Under the pieces are notes generated by a model. It searched no databases. It saw only the letters and a list, made by a program, of their open reading frames with translations, and was not told the origin of the DNA. From IMG/VR virus record IMGVR_UViG_3300043548_000091, positions 1,620-65,619 of that record: a stretch of DNA of 64,000 nt; one strand, given 5' to 3'. Numbering within the stretch: the first letter of the stretch is position 1; the number at the start of each line of letters is the position of its first letter. Below, one piece after another: positions 25,501 to 33,834 of the stretch. The translations under genes were made by a program, and so were the position numbers. Source of the stretch: a virus. Taxonomy: Duplodnaviria > Caudoviricetes.

Positions 25501-28481
25501 GTGGGCTTTCTGAGCGCCCGCCTATGGGCACCCTGTACCGGGCTTTGGATGACATGCCGCGTTCTCAAATTTACGAAGTAAATGCGATGCACACGGTGGG
25601 TGACCGGCCAGAAATTGACGCGTTGCTCAAAAAGTACGGAAACGAATATGACGTAGCGCAGGCAAAGGACGAGGGGCGTTACGCAGGCAACAGTTTGTTT
25701 TTCAAAATGCGGCGGGAGCTTGGCGTTGATAAAACTTTGCAGCTTCTTAAAAAGGCTGGCATCAACGCAATTGAACAGAACGCTGAGCGCAGATATGTGG
25801 AGCGAGCTTACATCGGGCAAGCCCCAGAAATTATTCCGTTGACAGAAACGCCTGTTGGCTTGTCCAAAGCCGAAGGTCGTCCCGGCACCGGAACGTTACT
25901 GTTCTCAAAAGCCCGTTACGCCAACCCGGAGATGGAGCGTTTCGGGCAGGACACCGACAGGGTGGTGGCCAAGCAGCGCGGTACGTGGGAGAAAGTCAAG
26001 GCCAACACCACCGGGCTGGCTTTTGCCACGCAGTTGGTGGACCGCTTTGCCGGGTTCGAGCGGCTGGCCAAGTACATGGACAGCCTCAAAGGCTCCCAGA
26101 TGCTGTACTACCTGCGCATGTACGACCAGCGCATGAACTTCGTGTCGCAGGCTGTTGGCAACGGCGCGCCCCAGATCGTGGAGAAGACCCGCGCTGATGG
26201 CCGCAAGGAGTACGTGATCGAAGCCAAGGACGGCGCGAACATCAAGAACGTGGTGCAGATTTTGTCCAAGGCGCAGCCGATGGTAGGCAACGCCGAGGCG
26301 GTAAACCGCACGTTCACGATGTACCTTGCCGCGCTGCGTGCGCAGCGTGTCGGCTTGGCCGCGCTGAACTTTGGCGGTGATGTGACGCAGGACATGCTCG
26401 ACAACGCGATCAACTTGGTCGAGCGCACGCCGGGCTTGAAAGAAATCTTCGACAACGCCCGCAACGAGTACAACGCCTACAACCGCGACCTCATGAAGTT
26501 CTTGGCGTCCACGGGCGCGATCTCGGAGGAGTTGGCTAACCGGCTGGCGGCCACCAACGACTACATCCCGTTCTATCGAGAACAAAACGGCAACGCCATG
26601 CTGATCATTGGCGGCGAGAACCCGATCCGGATTGGCAACATTGCTGATCAGCCGTACCTGCAAGAACTGGTGGGCGGCGACACGGCCATCCTCGACTTCA
26701 TGACCTCCAGCGTGCAGAACACCAACATGCTGATGGACATGGGCCTGCGCAACCTGTCCACCAAGAACGCCGTGTTCGAGTTGGTGAACCTGAACGCCGC
26801 CAAGATCGTGAAGAAGGCCGACGGCCCGGACGTGGTGCGGTTCAAGGTGGACGGTGAGGACCGCTACGCCGTGCTGGATACCGAGACCGTGACGATTGGC
26901 GGCGAGCGCTTTAGCACGGGCGTACCCGCTGAACTGCTGGTCAAGGGCATGGAGGGCATTCCCACCCAGATGCCTGCCTTGATGCGCCTGATGGCTGTGC
27001 CCGCGCAGTTGCTGCGCAAGGCCGTGACGCTGTCGCCCATGTACATGGCCAAGCAGTTGTTCCGTGACTCGTTGGCGGCACCGATTGTGTCGGGCGCGAA
27101 CTTCACCCCGGTGTTTGGTGCCATCCGCCAGATCAACGGCGCGGCGGGCAAGACGCTGGAGGAGCGCGGCATCACGGGCGGTCAGTACATGTCCGGCACC
27201 AGCGAAGACATCACCAAGATTCTGCGCGACATCGCCACCGGCAAGCCCGGCTTCATGACGGCCATCGGCAAGCTGGAGGCGCTGGGGATGAAGGCGGACT
27301 CGCTGACCCGCCGCGCCCAGTACAACAGCTACATTGCGCAGGGCATGTCCGAGATGGAGGCCACGCTGATGGCGCTGGAGTCCATGAACTTCAACAAGCG
27401 CGGGGCGTCGCCCAGCGTGCACATGGCCAACTCGCTGATCCCGTTCTTCAACGCCCAGATTCAGGGCTTGAATGTGCTGTACAAGGCGTTCACGGGCCAG
27501 ATGCCGTTCAACGACAAGCTGAAAGTCCAGCAGAAGCTGTTGATGCGCGGGGCCATGATCGCGGCGGTCTCCCTGATCTACGCCGCCATGATGGAGGACG
27601 ACGAGGCGTACAAGAACGCCACGCCCGATCAGAAGTATGGCAACTGGTTTGTGCGCATCCCCGGCTTTGACGAGCCTGTGCGTCTGCCTGTGCCATTTGA
27701 AATCGGCTACATCTTCAAGGGCATCCCCGAGGCGCTGTACAACACGATGACCACGGAGAACGGCGGCGAGGAAGCGGTCAAGGCATTCCGCCAGATTCTG
27801 CTCCAGACCATCCCCGGCGGCTCCAGCTACGGCATCCCGCAGGCGCTCAAGCCTGCCATCGAGGCGGGGCTGGGCAAGTCGTTCTACACCGGACGGGACA
27901 TCCTGTCGGCCCGCGAGAAGGAGTTGCTGCCAGAGGAGCAGTTCCGTGCCAACACGGCGGAGGTTTCCAAGGCGCTGGGCAAAGAGCTTGGCTTCTCCCC
28001 GATCATCTTCGAGAGCTTGGTGCGGGGCTACACCGGCACGCTGGGTCTGGCCTTCCTGCACACGCTCAGTCTGGGTGCACCGAAGTCCGAGTCGCCGGAG
28101 GCTGCCGTCAAGCGCCTGTCGGATTACCCCCTCGTGGGCGGTTCCTTCCAGCCCAACGACGCAGGCGGCATCTCCAACGCTGTCTACGAGCGGTTCAACG
28201 AGGACATCAAGGTGCGCAACAGCTTCCAGAAAATGCTGGGCGAAGGGCGCACGGCGGAAGCCAACGAACTGCTACAGCGTCGGGGCAACGAGATCATGGA
28301 GGCCGAGATCGGCGACGTGTTCAAGACGAACATGACCAAGCTGACCCAAGCCGAGCGTGCGATCGCCGCCTCGAACCTGTCGCCGGAAGAAAAGCGTGCC
28401 AAGCTGGATGAAATCCGCCGGATCAAGACGGGTCTTGCCCAGACCTTGCGCGAGGCGGCAGATAGAACCAGACCCCAGTGA
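19599..28481 (+). CDS. Giant polyvalent internal virion protein (metallopeptidase, ART-like and C-terminal LPD38-like domains)
   Basis: 2960 aa; long coiled coils, LLHEVGVH zincin motif, WHGS..F..FD..GAGEG ART-like motif, and IPFFNAQIQG..VRLPVPFEIG LPD38-like C-terminus. Confidence 0.85.
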   Translation: MAQYITLPNGSLFEIRKGESRETALAKAIEQYPEAFGFGPQKAAEQPQSGFTPALKSGYSELKSGIAALAGRTGIMDQEAAEKYIKEQEAYQQRTFKPTATFGEAPVTKTLELLGGSLPYMAAPVVAGGAVALTPLTGTAATIAGLGAAGAASAGQFTGSNLRRQMEEGKALGETELGAAAAAALPQAALDMVSFRMIPGIRQLFTTAGKEIAPAAAKRIAEQGVKDIAKDYTLATGKAMTAEGLTEAGQQVLERMQAGLSLTDEKARSEYIDSLIGGAVLGGVLSPAGRYVERRGEAAKQEAERLQKAQEVRAQEEARRASPEGQAAFVQDYDARSARLTELKAVPKPGKDATPLERAEYAEVKKERAKLEAQLTRDASAYKTAKAAVQQAMRTDPEAAAKLAEIEGTATADAQTQPYFVEPQGTLPGMEAVPSAAAPAAEAEFVDYASQIRNLEGRLDDLRTQAQSTTSLDEKLALNQQYEKIKAALRDAELAKKEQDKAAAGPEGKIAALRKRMVKAEEDGDITAQARIATQLKELGVTDLSEVAAPEQGTIPLAPFKTKVEDRAAYAARVFQPGAADIEAQEQEALVEAERQREEAVKEAERERKIAPEVVALRRIKEAQRPVFAEGVQRQGQVSGMVDKIVDAALRTDGKAPGRVISGVAPTDVSKADALRGQLALARATDNRPRAQEIIEQLKAIGESEADTGGDIEAGQTVKKAGVEGRLSAQTIMDNRVTRMSQSQMAAFNKLADYVQTVREGDQNVAEAKKQTLRDAAERLKDTIVGLALNEMDARRAQAGLPELTTEKKLLAVSRLNGVLNEMITRGAGVFSPEEKAATRGTLVLGSAAPQGGQKSVRVNTPFDDKAAQAQAALEAAEKDAAPKLSAARARREELREQLAQPNADQRALEQALTYDPVLKDADAAERAVQAARQALAVVKQQQREFLSRKGNQPAGGPGMFNNFTAAANALRAQMRNVIDEVGEIKAPEPRKAPPLKPRVSNELRMMFQGQERPVNEQFDAAFDRAKSDEDYRTLKEIQRVYGKLSDAAREEAVAQVRRVETGQPLEVRGALKDELADLARAGQSDQGQAEMFTGEDERSISRATTANFMRFLNSAEVKKRRMQIDEARKQAEFQAKRAATIQKKIDEEEKKQQDMLDKLEIAKNKSPVEAARERLASVTDKNKEAVALAKQINSQRTVIRIRMASMVRQISDALDKAKKKEAEIEDLVGYIFKEATLDPNNAEYQKRLGEFLDQQTAAAKAVESVEKALEKARATQTRVIEDHAKDTIDNALISEGAKAQRKIDKAEQELKAAQEEEAGAQRRLDAVRQDIKPPRPQTPAEKLAELPVEGVTRVYRDTSAPEVRAKVAALRKTIGKAEEAHAKAMESGDEKAMEESIKAIESAYDKMYEILANAPVRREAQMSAEEARAFEEYEAAQRATVEKTIKLFQEKAGIPPLKLTERRTVASVKNVKTGRVETQIKKESVAQQEKRVKEEAVTGKYPARALEELAKARAELKTVQDQIAYIDANPAAPRSEAKARQTAARTAAVAKRKALEAKVANLTKAQKEVVAEARVEKEAEKALKKERRRMLREDEYEFSRGAATEGQTVAQLEKALDRAIGEKGLAARRIKLFSSVADFFASKEAYDYEGADIPSDAKAFVNPKNGDVFMFANNIAADESVGVLLHEVGVHIGFRKLFSAAKFNALVQSVKNWAAQKDGSLESKIAQRALARVKAAETSAEQFDEELLAYAVEEAVKAGVSPSALKNGSPIQNWLQLVLAALRNALTAFGINPNKLTSGDLVNMAYGAAQLEIRGTWHGSDAKFTAFDSKKAGAGEGAFDRRFDGTNNLGPGPYTTPQQEYAEYYQYAVPFGKAANATGYGDRSYQDYRALDERFMGANNAELTPDELQAKFESRLLNAYLRGVNAGESLNPTQNTSAQKLLEKLTASVRTPAEQAAVATLSLNNLRGLSERPPMGTLYRALDDMPRSQIYEVNAMHTVGDRPEIDALLKKYGNEYDVAQAKDEGRYAGNSLFFKMRRELGVDKTLQLLKKAGINAIEQNAERRYVERAYIGQAPEIIPLTETPVGLSKAEGRPGTGTLLFSKARYANPEMERFGQDTDRVVAKQRGTWEKVKANTTGLAFATQLVDRFAGFERLAKYMDSLKGSQMLYYLRMYDQRMNFVSQAVGNGAPQIVEKTRADGRKEYVIEAKDGANIKNVVQILSKAQPMVGNAEAVNRTFTMYLAALRAQRVGLAALNFGGDVTQDMLDNAINLVERTPGLKEIFDNARNEYNAYNRDLMKFLASTGAISEELANRLAATNDYIPFYREQNGNAMLIIGGENPIRIGNIADQPYLQELVGGDTAILDFMTSSVQNTNMLMDMGLRNLSTKNAVFELVNLNAAKIVKKADGPDVVRFKVDGEDRYAVLDTETVTIGGERFSTGVPAELLVKGMEGIPTQMPALMRLMAVPAQLLRKAVTLSPMYMAKQLFRDSLAAPIVSGANFTPVFGAIRQINGAAGKTLEERGITGGQYMSGTSEDITKILRDIATGKPGFMTAIGKLEALGMKADSLTRRAQYNSYIAQGMSEMEATLMALESMNFNKRGASPSVHMANSLIPFFNAQIQGLNVLYKAFTGQMPFNDKLKVQQKLLMRGAMIAAVSLIYAAMMEDDEAYKNATPDQKYGNWFVRIPGFDEPVRLPVPFEIGYIFKGIPEALYNTMTTENGGEEAVKAFRQILLQTIPGGSSYGIPQALKPAIEAGLGKSFYTGRDILSAREKELLPEEQFRANTAEVSKALGKELGFSPIIFESLVRGYTGTLGLAFLHTLSLGAPKSESPEAAVKRLSDYPLVGGSFQPNDAGGISNAVYERFNEDIKVRNSFQKMLGEGRTAEANELLQRRGNEIMEAEIGDVFKTNMTKLTQAERAIAASNLSPEEKRAKLDEIRRIKTGLAQTLREAADRTRPQ

Positions 28482-28632
28482 GGCCGTCCTTGATGCAAGG
28501 CACCGCCTTGATACGGAGCCGCTGACCTACCGCAGCGCGTAGCCCGAGTTCCCGGGCTTTCTCCGTATCAAGGGCGGGCACAAAGAAGCCTTCACCCGGC
28601 TTGAGGTGCGACCACGGGTAGTTGATTCGCAT
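28423..28632 (-). CDS. Hypothetical small protein
   Basis: YPWSHLKPGEGFFVP is a recurrent phage small-protein pattern; overlaps the primase end and converges on the giant gene. Confidence 0.6.
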   Translation of the reverse strand: MRINYPWSHLKPGEGFFVPALDTEKARELGLRAAVGQRLRIKAVPCIKDGLTGVWFYLPPRARSGQDPS

Positions 28633-31534
28633 CTATCTCGTCCGAGCGTCGGCTGATGTGCATGACGTTCACGCGCATCGTGGGGCCGTTGGTTTTGGAC
28701 AGCATGTCCTTCTTCACGTAGGACACCCGGAACATCTTCTCAAGCTGCGCCTTGAAGTCCGCGTACCCGAAGGACATGGACACGCAGTGCTGCTTGAGCA
28801 GTTGCTCTTCGATGAAGTACTCGGTGTAGCCTTCTTGCAGGGTGTTGTGCTCGATGCGGCCCAGCACCTTCGTGCGGGTGATCGACTTGTCCACCGTGCT
28901 GCCATCGCCCCAACTGCTCATCAGGCTGCGCCCGCCGTCGGTCTTCCACAGCACCACGAAGCCGCCGTAGTTGTCGCGGGTGTAGGCGTTCAGGACATCC
29001 TCCGCCGTGCGCACGCTGCGCCGCATCACGCCACGAGCCCGGGCCACGAGTTCCTTGAGCGCTTCGAGCACGCCTTTGACCGGGACCGTCAGGATGTTTG
29101 CGTACTTAGGACCTAGCAGGATAGCTGCCGAGATGATCTCCGTGCAGCCCGTGTGCCAGTAGCGCTCCTCGTCGGTGAACTCCATCTCGTCTTTCAGGCG
29201 CGCATGAACCCTGCGCACGGTTTCTGCGCATACGTCTTGGTTGCGGACCATCCAGCGAACCCACGCCTCTCCGGCCACGCCGTAGTTGGTCTTGATCAGC
29301 TTGAGCGCCTCGCGCTCCTCGTCCGTCCATTGCAGCGGCTTGTTGGGCGTCCACTCCAGCAGGCGCAGCAGTTCCCCGTTGGAGGAGTGCTTGCGTGCGC
29401 CCGACATGTAGTCCGTCAGGTGCGTGTTGGAGGTCATGGTGCAGGTGAGCTTCCAGATCGAGTTGTTCACCCGCTCCTTGTTCGCGCCCGACTCCATGCG
29501 CTCCTTGCCTTGGCCTTCGGTCAGGTCGAAGATGAACGCCGGGGCCCACTCCATGTTGTCCCGCGCCTTGGCCGTGATCTCGTCGATCAGCAGCGGCATC
29601 GAGTTCAGGAGGCCCGCCCTTTGCTGCATCGCAACAGGAGAAGTGCCTTTGCCCGTGCGGTAGTGGATCGGGTGGCCCCAGACCCCGGCCTTGGCCGACA
29701 GCGTGAGCGACTTGCCCGTGCCCGACTCGGTGGAGCCGATGTGCCAGACGAACCCCTCGTACTCGGTGAAGCGCATGAGCGGGCAGCCGAAGCTGTCCAG
29801 ACACACCGCCAGCATCGTGTACATCTTCCGGTGGATCATCAACTCCCAGTACTGCCGCCAGTTCTCCAGCGAGCCCTTGGACGCGGTGTTCTTGTTGATG
29901 TTCTCCAGCCCGGGCATGGGCACCCGCAACTCGCGCCCATCAGGGGTGAACACCCGGTAGTTGTAGACGAAGCTGCCGTTGGGCTGCCAGCCGCATTGCA
30001 GAGGCACGTCCACCGCCTTCTTGGTCAGCGACGCCTCCTCGACGCAGGCCCGCACGTAATCAAAAAGGTTTGCATCGTTGCCCTTGCCGAAGCTGGCGAT
30101 GATGTTCTGGCTGGCGAGGAACTTGACCGTCTCCTCCTTGGACACCACGCACTTGGATGGCATCGTGATGTTTTTCGCGCCGTCGGGACGCACCGCCACG
30201 AGGTGCACGGCGTAGTCTTCTTCCTGCTTGAGCATGTCCACGACGAACAGGTCGTAGGCCAGAATCTGCACCTGCTTCTTGGACTTGGAGCCGTCCTCGC
30301 CCTCGATCATCCGCTCGGCGTACACGCCGCCGTTGTGGCCGTAGGAGAAGCCCCGGGGAGGGCTGGGCCGCTTGACGACCCCATGGGGGAGCGCCTCGTC
30401 TGCCTCCAGCGCCTCGTCCACCGGGTCCTCGTACTCGAACTCCGCCTCGACATCCTCGGGCGGAGCTACAGAAATAAGTTTCTCAGTGTTGTCGGTCTTG
30501 ACTTCCCGGCCAAGCGCCAGCGGGTTGGTGATCTTGTTGAAGTGGGGGCACCCTGAGCACACGCCCGGGTTCTCGCTGTCCATCTTCAGGCAGGGGTAGG
30601 GCCCCTTGATGTCGCGCAGCTTCTCGCGCATGCGCTGCTCGGGATACGGGTGCAGTTCGCTCAGCCACACCGACCAGTCGTCGCCGTCCTCGCACACCTT
30701 GGTCCACGACAGCAACCCGCGCCAGATGGGTTCGAGGCCGTCTTCCTTGGGGTTGTCGATGTAGGCTTTAAGTTGTGCACAGCCGGTGCCCGCCATCGTG
30801 CGGTCGTAGATCGGCTCGAACAGGGTCACGCTGTTTTGCAGCAGCTTGATCTGGGTGGTCCCCGGCTTGCGCGTAGGGCGCACACCTTGCAGCGGTGCGT
30901 CTACCTTAGCCACGAACTCGGGCTTGAGCTTGTCCTTGATGAACGCCTCGAAGGCCGCGAACTCGAAGGTGCCGCCAGCGCCAAGGAACTTCACCTCCCG
31001 GGGCGTGCCGTACTTCTTCTTGTGGTTGCGCGTGCCCGGAACCCGCAGCACCCGGGACACGTCTGCCGTGACGTTCATGTCGATGCGCAGCCCCTCCTGC
31101 TTGCACAGGCGCTTGAAGTTCTCGGCAACAGGTTTCCAAGTGGCAACAGGCAGAGTCTCGGTCAGCGGCCAGTAGACGTGCAGTCCCCCGCCCGACCCAA
31201 CGAACCACGGCGTGCCCAGCGCGTCCATGCCAGTCTTTTGCATGAACTCGGACAGCGCAGCGGCAGCTTCCTTCTTGGAGGCGTACCCGTCCATGTCGAT
31301 GAACATCGACCGGATGTGACGTGCGTTCGTGCCCTCACGGCTGCCTTCCTCGGCAAACGTCGCCAGCGCGAAGTAGATGTCGTAGTTCGCCGCGTTCCAC
31401 GCGTCGATGTGGGGGATCAGGTCTTCAAGATTCTCCTCATAGCGGTGCTCCTTTTTATTACTTAGTTCCGCCGCGCAGTAGTACCCGTGACCCGGGGATG
31501 GCAGAACCGCCGCTAAGAAATCCAGCGGTGTCAT
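28592..31534 (-). CDS. Primase-helicase fusion (AEP/RepB-like primase plus DUF927 helicase)
   Basis: FIDMD, SGGGLHVYW, RVLRVPGT.N primase motifs; Cys cluster (YPC..CSGCPH); Walker A SGTGKS and LLIDEIT. Confidence 0.88.
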   Translation of the reverse strand: MTPLDFLAAVLPSPGHGYYCAAELSNKKEHRYEENLEDLIPHIDAWNAANYDIYFALATFAEEGSREGTNARHIRSMFIDMDGYASKKEAAAALSEFMQKTGMDALGTPWFVGSGGGLHVYWPLTETLPVATWKPVAENFKRLCKQEGLRIDMNVTADVSRVLRVPGTRNHKKKYGTPREVKFLGAGGTFEFAAFEAFIKDKLKPEFVAKVDAPLQGVRPTRKPGTTQIKLLQNSVTLFEPIYDRTMAGTGCAQLKAYIDNPKEDGLEPIWRGLLSWTKVCEDGDDWSVWLSELHPYPEQRMREKLRDIKGPYPCLKMDSENPGVCSGCPHFNKITNPLALGREVKTDNTEKLISVAPPEDVEAEFEYEDPVDEALEADEALPHGVVKRPSPPRGFSYGHNGGVYAERMIEGEDGSKSKKQVQILAYDLFVVDMLKQEEDYAVHLVAVRPDGAKNITMPSKCVVSKEETVKFLASQNIIASFGKGNDANLFDYVRACVEEASLTKKAVDVPLQCGWQPNGSFVYNYRVFTPDGRELRVPMPGLENINKNTASKGSLENWRQYWELMIHRKMYTMLAVCLDSFGCPLMRFTEYEGFVWHIGSTESGTGKSLTLSAKAGVWGHPIHYRTGKGTSPVAMQQRAGLLNSMPLLIDEITAKARDNMEWAPAFIFDLTEGQGKERMESGANKERVNNSIWKLTCTMTSNTHLTDYMSGARKHSSNGELLRLLEWTPNKPLQWTDEEREALKLIKTNYGVAGEAWVRWMVRNQDVCAETVRRVHARLKDEMEFTDEERYWHTGCTEIISAAILLGPKYANILTVPVKGVLEALKELVARARGVMRRSVRTAEDVLNAYTRDNYGGFVVLWKTDGGRSLMSSWGDGSTVDKSITRTKVLGRIEHNTLQEGYTEYFIEEQLLKQHCVSMSFGYADFKAQLEKMFRVSYVKKDMLSKTNGPTMRVNVMHISRRSDEIDANQLPVVAPQAG

Positions 31535-31552
31535 TCAGAATCCTCGGGTTAT

Positions 31553-31711
31553 TTATTTCAGGTCGTCTGCAAGATGTTCGCCGTCCAGCGCGCGCACGAA
31601 GCGCTCTACTAATTCCTTGATCCACTCAGGGGGCACCTTGTCGAAGCCCATGATGTACATGTACCGCAGGAGTTCTCGGTTCGTCAGGTTGTGTGGTTGA
31701 ATGCCTTGCAT
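31553..31711 (-). CDS. Hypothetical protein (52 aa)
   Basis: Hand translation MQGIQPHNLTNRELLRY..ELVERF..; fills the gap between HTH and primase genes. Confidence 0.6.
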   Translation of the reverse strand: MQGIQPHNLTNRELLRYMYIMGFDKVPPEWIKELVERFVRALDGEHLADDLK

Positions 31712-31962
31712 GCTTTGCTCCAAGCGTCGTCGGCGGTGCTCGACGAACGAAGAATTGTTAGAAGGTCCGTGACGGCTGGGCGGTAGGCAACGAACACTTC
31801 GCCGCCCTCGAACCAGTTGTAGACCGTCTGCCGGGACGCCCCGGTCAGCTTGGCGATCTTCGTCACAGGGAAGTCGAGGTGCACGGCCCAGCGCCCAAGC
31901 TGGTTGCCCAGCGTCTTGGGGGCCTTCTTGACCGTCTCGACGGTTTGAGTTGAGTAGGACAT
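31684..31962 (-). CDS. Cro/XRE-like helix-turn-helix regulator
   Basis: VTKIAKLTGASRQTVYNWFEG HTH pattern. Confidence 0.8.
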   Translation of the reverse strand: MSYSTQTVETVKKAPKTLGNQLGRWAVHLDFPVTKIAKLTGASRQTVYNWFEGGEVFVAYRPAVTDLLTILRSSSTADDAWSKACKAFNHTT

Positions 31963-31971
31963 GGTTTAGGT

Positions 31972-32083
31972 GGGGGTACTCGCTGCGTCCGACGGGTGCT
32001 GATCTCCCGCATCACTTTGAGGAGGGGAACAACAATACCCTCCCTTGCCGTCAGCCCGGCGATCCGGCATCCGCTTTCCCCCC
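31972..32083 (-). ncRNA. Candidate structured intergenic RNA
   Basis: GGGGG/CCCCC closing stem with GAAA/GAGUA internal loop; inner GGAGGG/CCCUCC and CUGA/UCAG stems. Confidence 0.45.
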
Positions 32084-32092
32084 GAACTCCTT

Positions 32093-33052
32093 TTACTCGT
32101 CGTCCCAGTCGTCCACCATGGACGCAAGGCTGGCTTTGGCAGCGGGCACGGCGGAGGGCTTCTTCTCCTCCTTGCGCACCACGGGCTCCTCGACTTCCTC
32201 CACAGGCTCAGCCTTGGCCTTGGCCTTCTTGGGCGGCGGGGCGGGGGCTTCGTCTTCTTCAGCAGGCGCTTCCACCTTGGCCTTGGCGCGCGGCGCAGTG
32301 CCCTCAAGGGGGGCCGCGATCTTGGGCACGCCGTCCATCTTGGCCACCGTCATGGTGATTGCCTTGAGCGCTTCGCCGGACTTGGCTTTCTCTTGGCAGA
32401 TGTCGTACTCGCCGTCGGTCAGGAAGCGCATGGCCTTGAACAGCAGCTTGGGGGACTCGCTGGAGGTGTCGAACTTCAGGCGCGTGATCACGTCCGTCGG
32501 GTCGATGTTCTGGGCAGCCAGCCACTGGGCGTAGGCTTTCAGGGGGCGCTTGTCACCGTCTTCCTTGCCGAAGATCGAGGTTGCGGGCAGGGCCAGTTGC
32601 AGCACGTCGCCTTCCACATCGTTGGCCAGCACCACAGCAAGACGCTGCTGGTAGCGGCAGGCGCGGGAGTTTCCGTTGCCAGACCCGGCGATGTTCTGCG
32701 GGCACTCGTCGCACTTGGACGCTTGCTTCTTCTCGCTGTCCGGGCTCGGGGTCACGCCGTCGGCGGACCAGCAGTCGGGCGCACCCACATCACCTGCGTC
32801 GAACTTCTTGGCGTAGAACACGCGGTTCACGGTGGGCGCGGCGTTGACCACAACCACGTCCAGATGGCGGTCCTCGATGCTGGCAATCTCCTTGCCGCCG
32901 GACAGCAGACGGAACACGCCGCCCTTGATCGAGATGCGCTTGCTGCTGCCGCCACTGCCACCTGCGAGGGCCTTGGCTACATCGGACAGGCCGCCCCGAC
33001 GCTTGACGAAATCCGGCACTTGGCTCGGGTTGAACAGGGTCACATTGCTCAT
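32093..33052 (-). CDS. Putative single-stranded DNA-binding protein
   Basis: RISIKGGVFR, CWS.DG..C..CPQN..GSG..AC motifs and acidic tail VDDWDDE; in the replication module. Confidence 0.65.
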   Translation of the reverse strand: MSNVTLFNPSQVPDFVKRRGGLSDVAKALAGGSGGSSKRISIKGGVFRLLSGGKEIASIEDRHLDVVVVNAAPTVNRVFYAKKFDAGDVGAPDCWSADGVTPSPDSEKKQASKCDECPQNIAGSGNGNSRACRYQQRLAVVLANDVEGDVLQLALPATSIFGKEDGDKRPLKAYAQWLAAQNIDPTDVITRLKFDTSSESPKLLFKAMRFLTDGEYDICQEKAKSGEALKAITMTVAKMDGVPKIAAPLEGTAPRAKAKVEAPAEEDEAPAPPPKKAKAKAEPVEEVEEPVVRKEEKKPSAVPAAKASLASMVDDWDDE

Positions 33053-33068
33053 TGCTTGCTCCTTTCAG

Positions 33069-33299
33069 TTACTGTTGCTGGGCGGCGCGAAGTTGGGCCT
33101 GCCGTTCATAAAGCGCGCCAAGATGCTTGGCGAACATGCTTGCGGAGTAGTCCTTTGGAATGCCTACCCATTCCGCCGTCACCGCATACAAAAACACACT
33201 GGCTTGCATCAGGTCTTCCGATGTTGCGTTACGGGCGCGGGCGGCTTCCACCATCCCGTCAACCACGCTTTGCACTTTTTCGACTTCTTCGTCGGTCAT
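33069..33299 (-). CDS. Hypothetical protein
   Basis: 76 aa with SD AAGGAG; flanked by a 16-bp direct repeat. Confidence 0.65.
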   Translation of the reverse strand: MTDEEVEKVQSVVDGMVEAARARNATSEDLMQASVFLYAVTAEWVGIPKDYSASMFAKHLGALYERQAQLRAAQQQ

Positions 33300-33309
33300 T
33301 GCTTGCTCC

Positions 33310-33759
33310 TTACTTGGTTGGTTTGCGAACAGAAATCTGATACTCCGTCACGGAGTTCAACCCAGCGGGCACGACGCCGGGGTTTTCTTCTAGGAAGGTT
33401 GCCATGTTGGTCTGCGCGATGCGCTTCTCCAGCAGGTCAATCGCATCGTGCTTCTTGATGAACTCCTTGAGGGAGTCCCAGTCCTGCGTCTGGTACCGCG
33501 TCTTGGTAGACAGCACCACAGTGCCGTTGTCAGTGCGCACCGAGTTGACGCCCATGACGAGCATCTGGTCCTTCAGTGCGTTCTTGACCGCGTCCTGCTG
33601 GCGCTTGATCTCCTCGACCTTTGAGTCGTACTCGGTGGTCAGGCGCTGGATTTCGGCAGCCATCTTGCGATACACGCGGGCCAGCTTGTCCATGGGGACA
33701 GCGACCAGCGCGGGCTCTTCTTTCGAGGAGGGTGACTCCTCATCATCGACATCACTCAT
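33310..33759 (-). CDS. Conserved phage replication-module protein
   Basis: Coiled coil then SVRT..GTV..DW..F..DLLEKRI..PAGL; SD GGAG before MSDV. Confidence 0.7.
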   Translation of the reverse strand: MSDVDDEESPSSKEEPALVAVPMDKLARVYRKMAAEIQRLTTEYDSKVEEIKRQQDAVKNALKDQMLVMGVNSVRTDNGTVVLSTKTRYQTQDWDSLKEFIKKHDAIDLLEKRIAQTNMATFLEENPGVVPAGLNSVTEYQISVRKPTK

Positions 33760-33782
33760 TGCGTTCTCCATTGGTTTTGTTT

Positions 33783-33798
33783 TGTCTAGGGTTTGACA
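33783..33798. promoter_or_regulatory. Palindromic operator-like site, type B (TGTCWA-N4-YDGACA)
   Basis: TGTCTAGGGTTTGACA immediately downstream of minus-strand TTGCAC-16 nt-TAGCAT. Confidence 0.5.
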
Positions 33799-33834
33799 TG
33801 CTACATGAAAATTCGGTCAGTGCAACTCCTTCCT

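Noticed and set aside
25905-28061. 718-aa minus-strand ORF (also 20664-22211)
   Set aside because: Antisense shadow of the giant gene with the typical V/H/L/Q-rich composition.
29153-30556. 467-aa plus-strand ORF
   Set aside because: Antisense to the primase-helicase, which carries the recognisable motifs.
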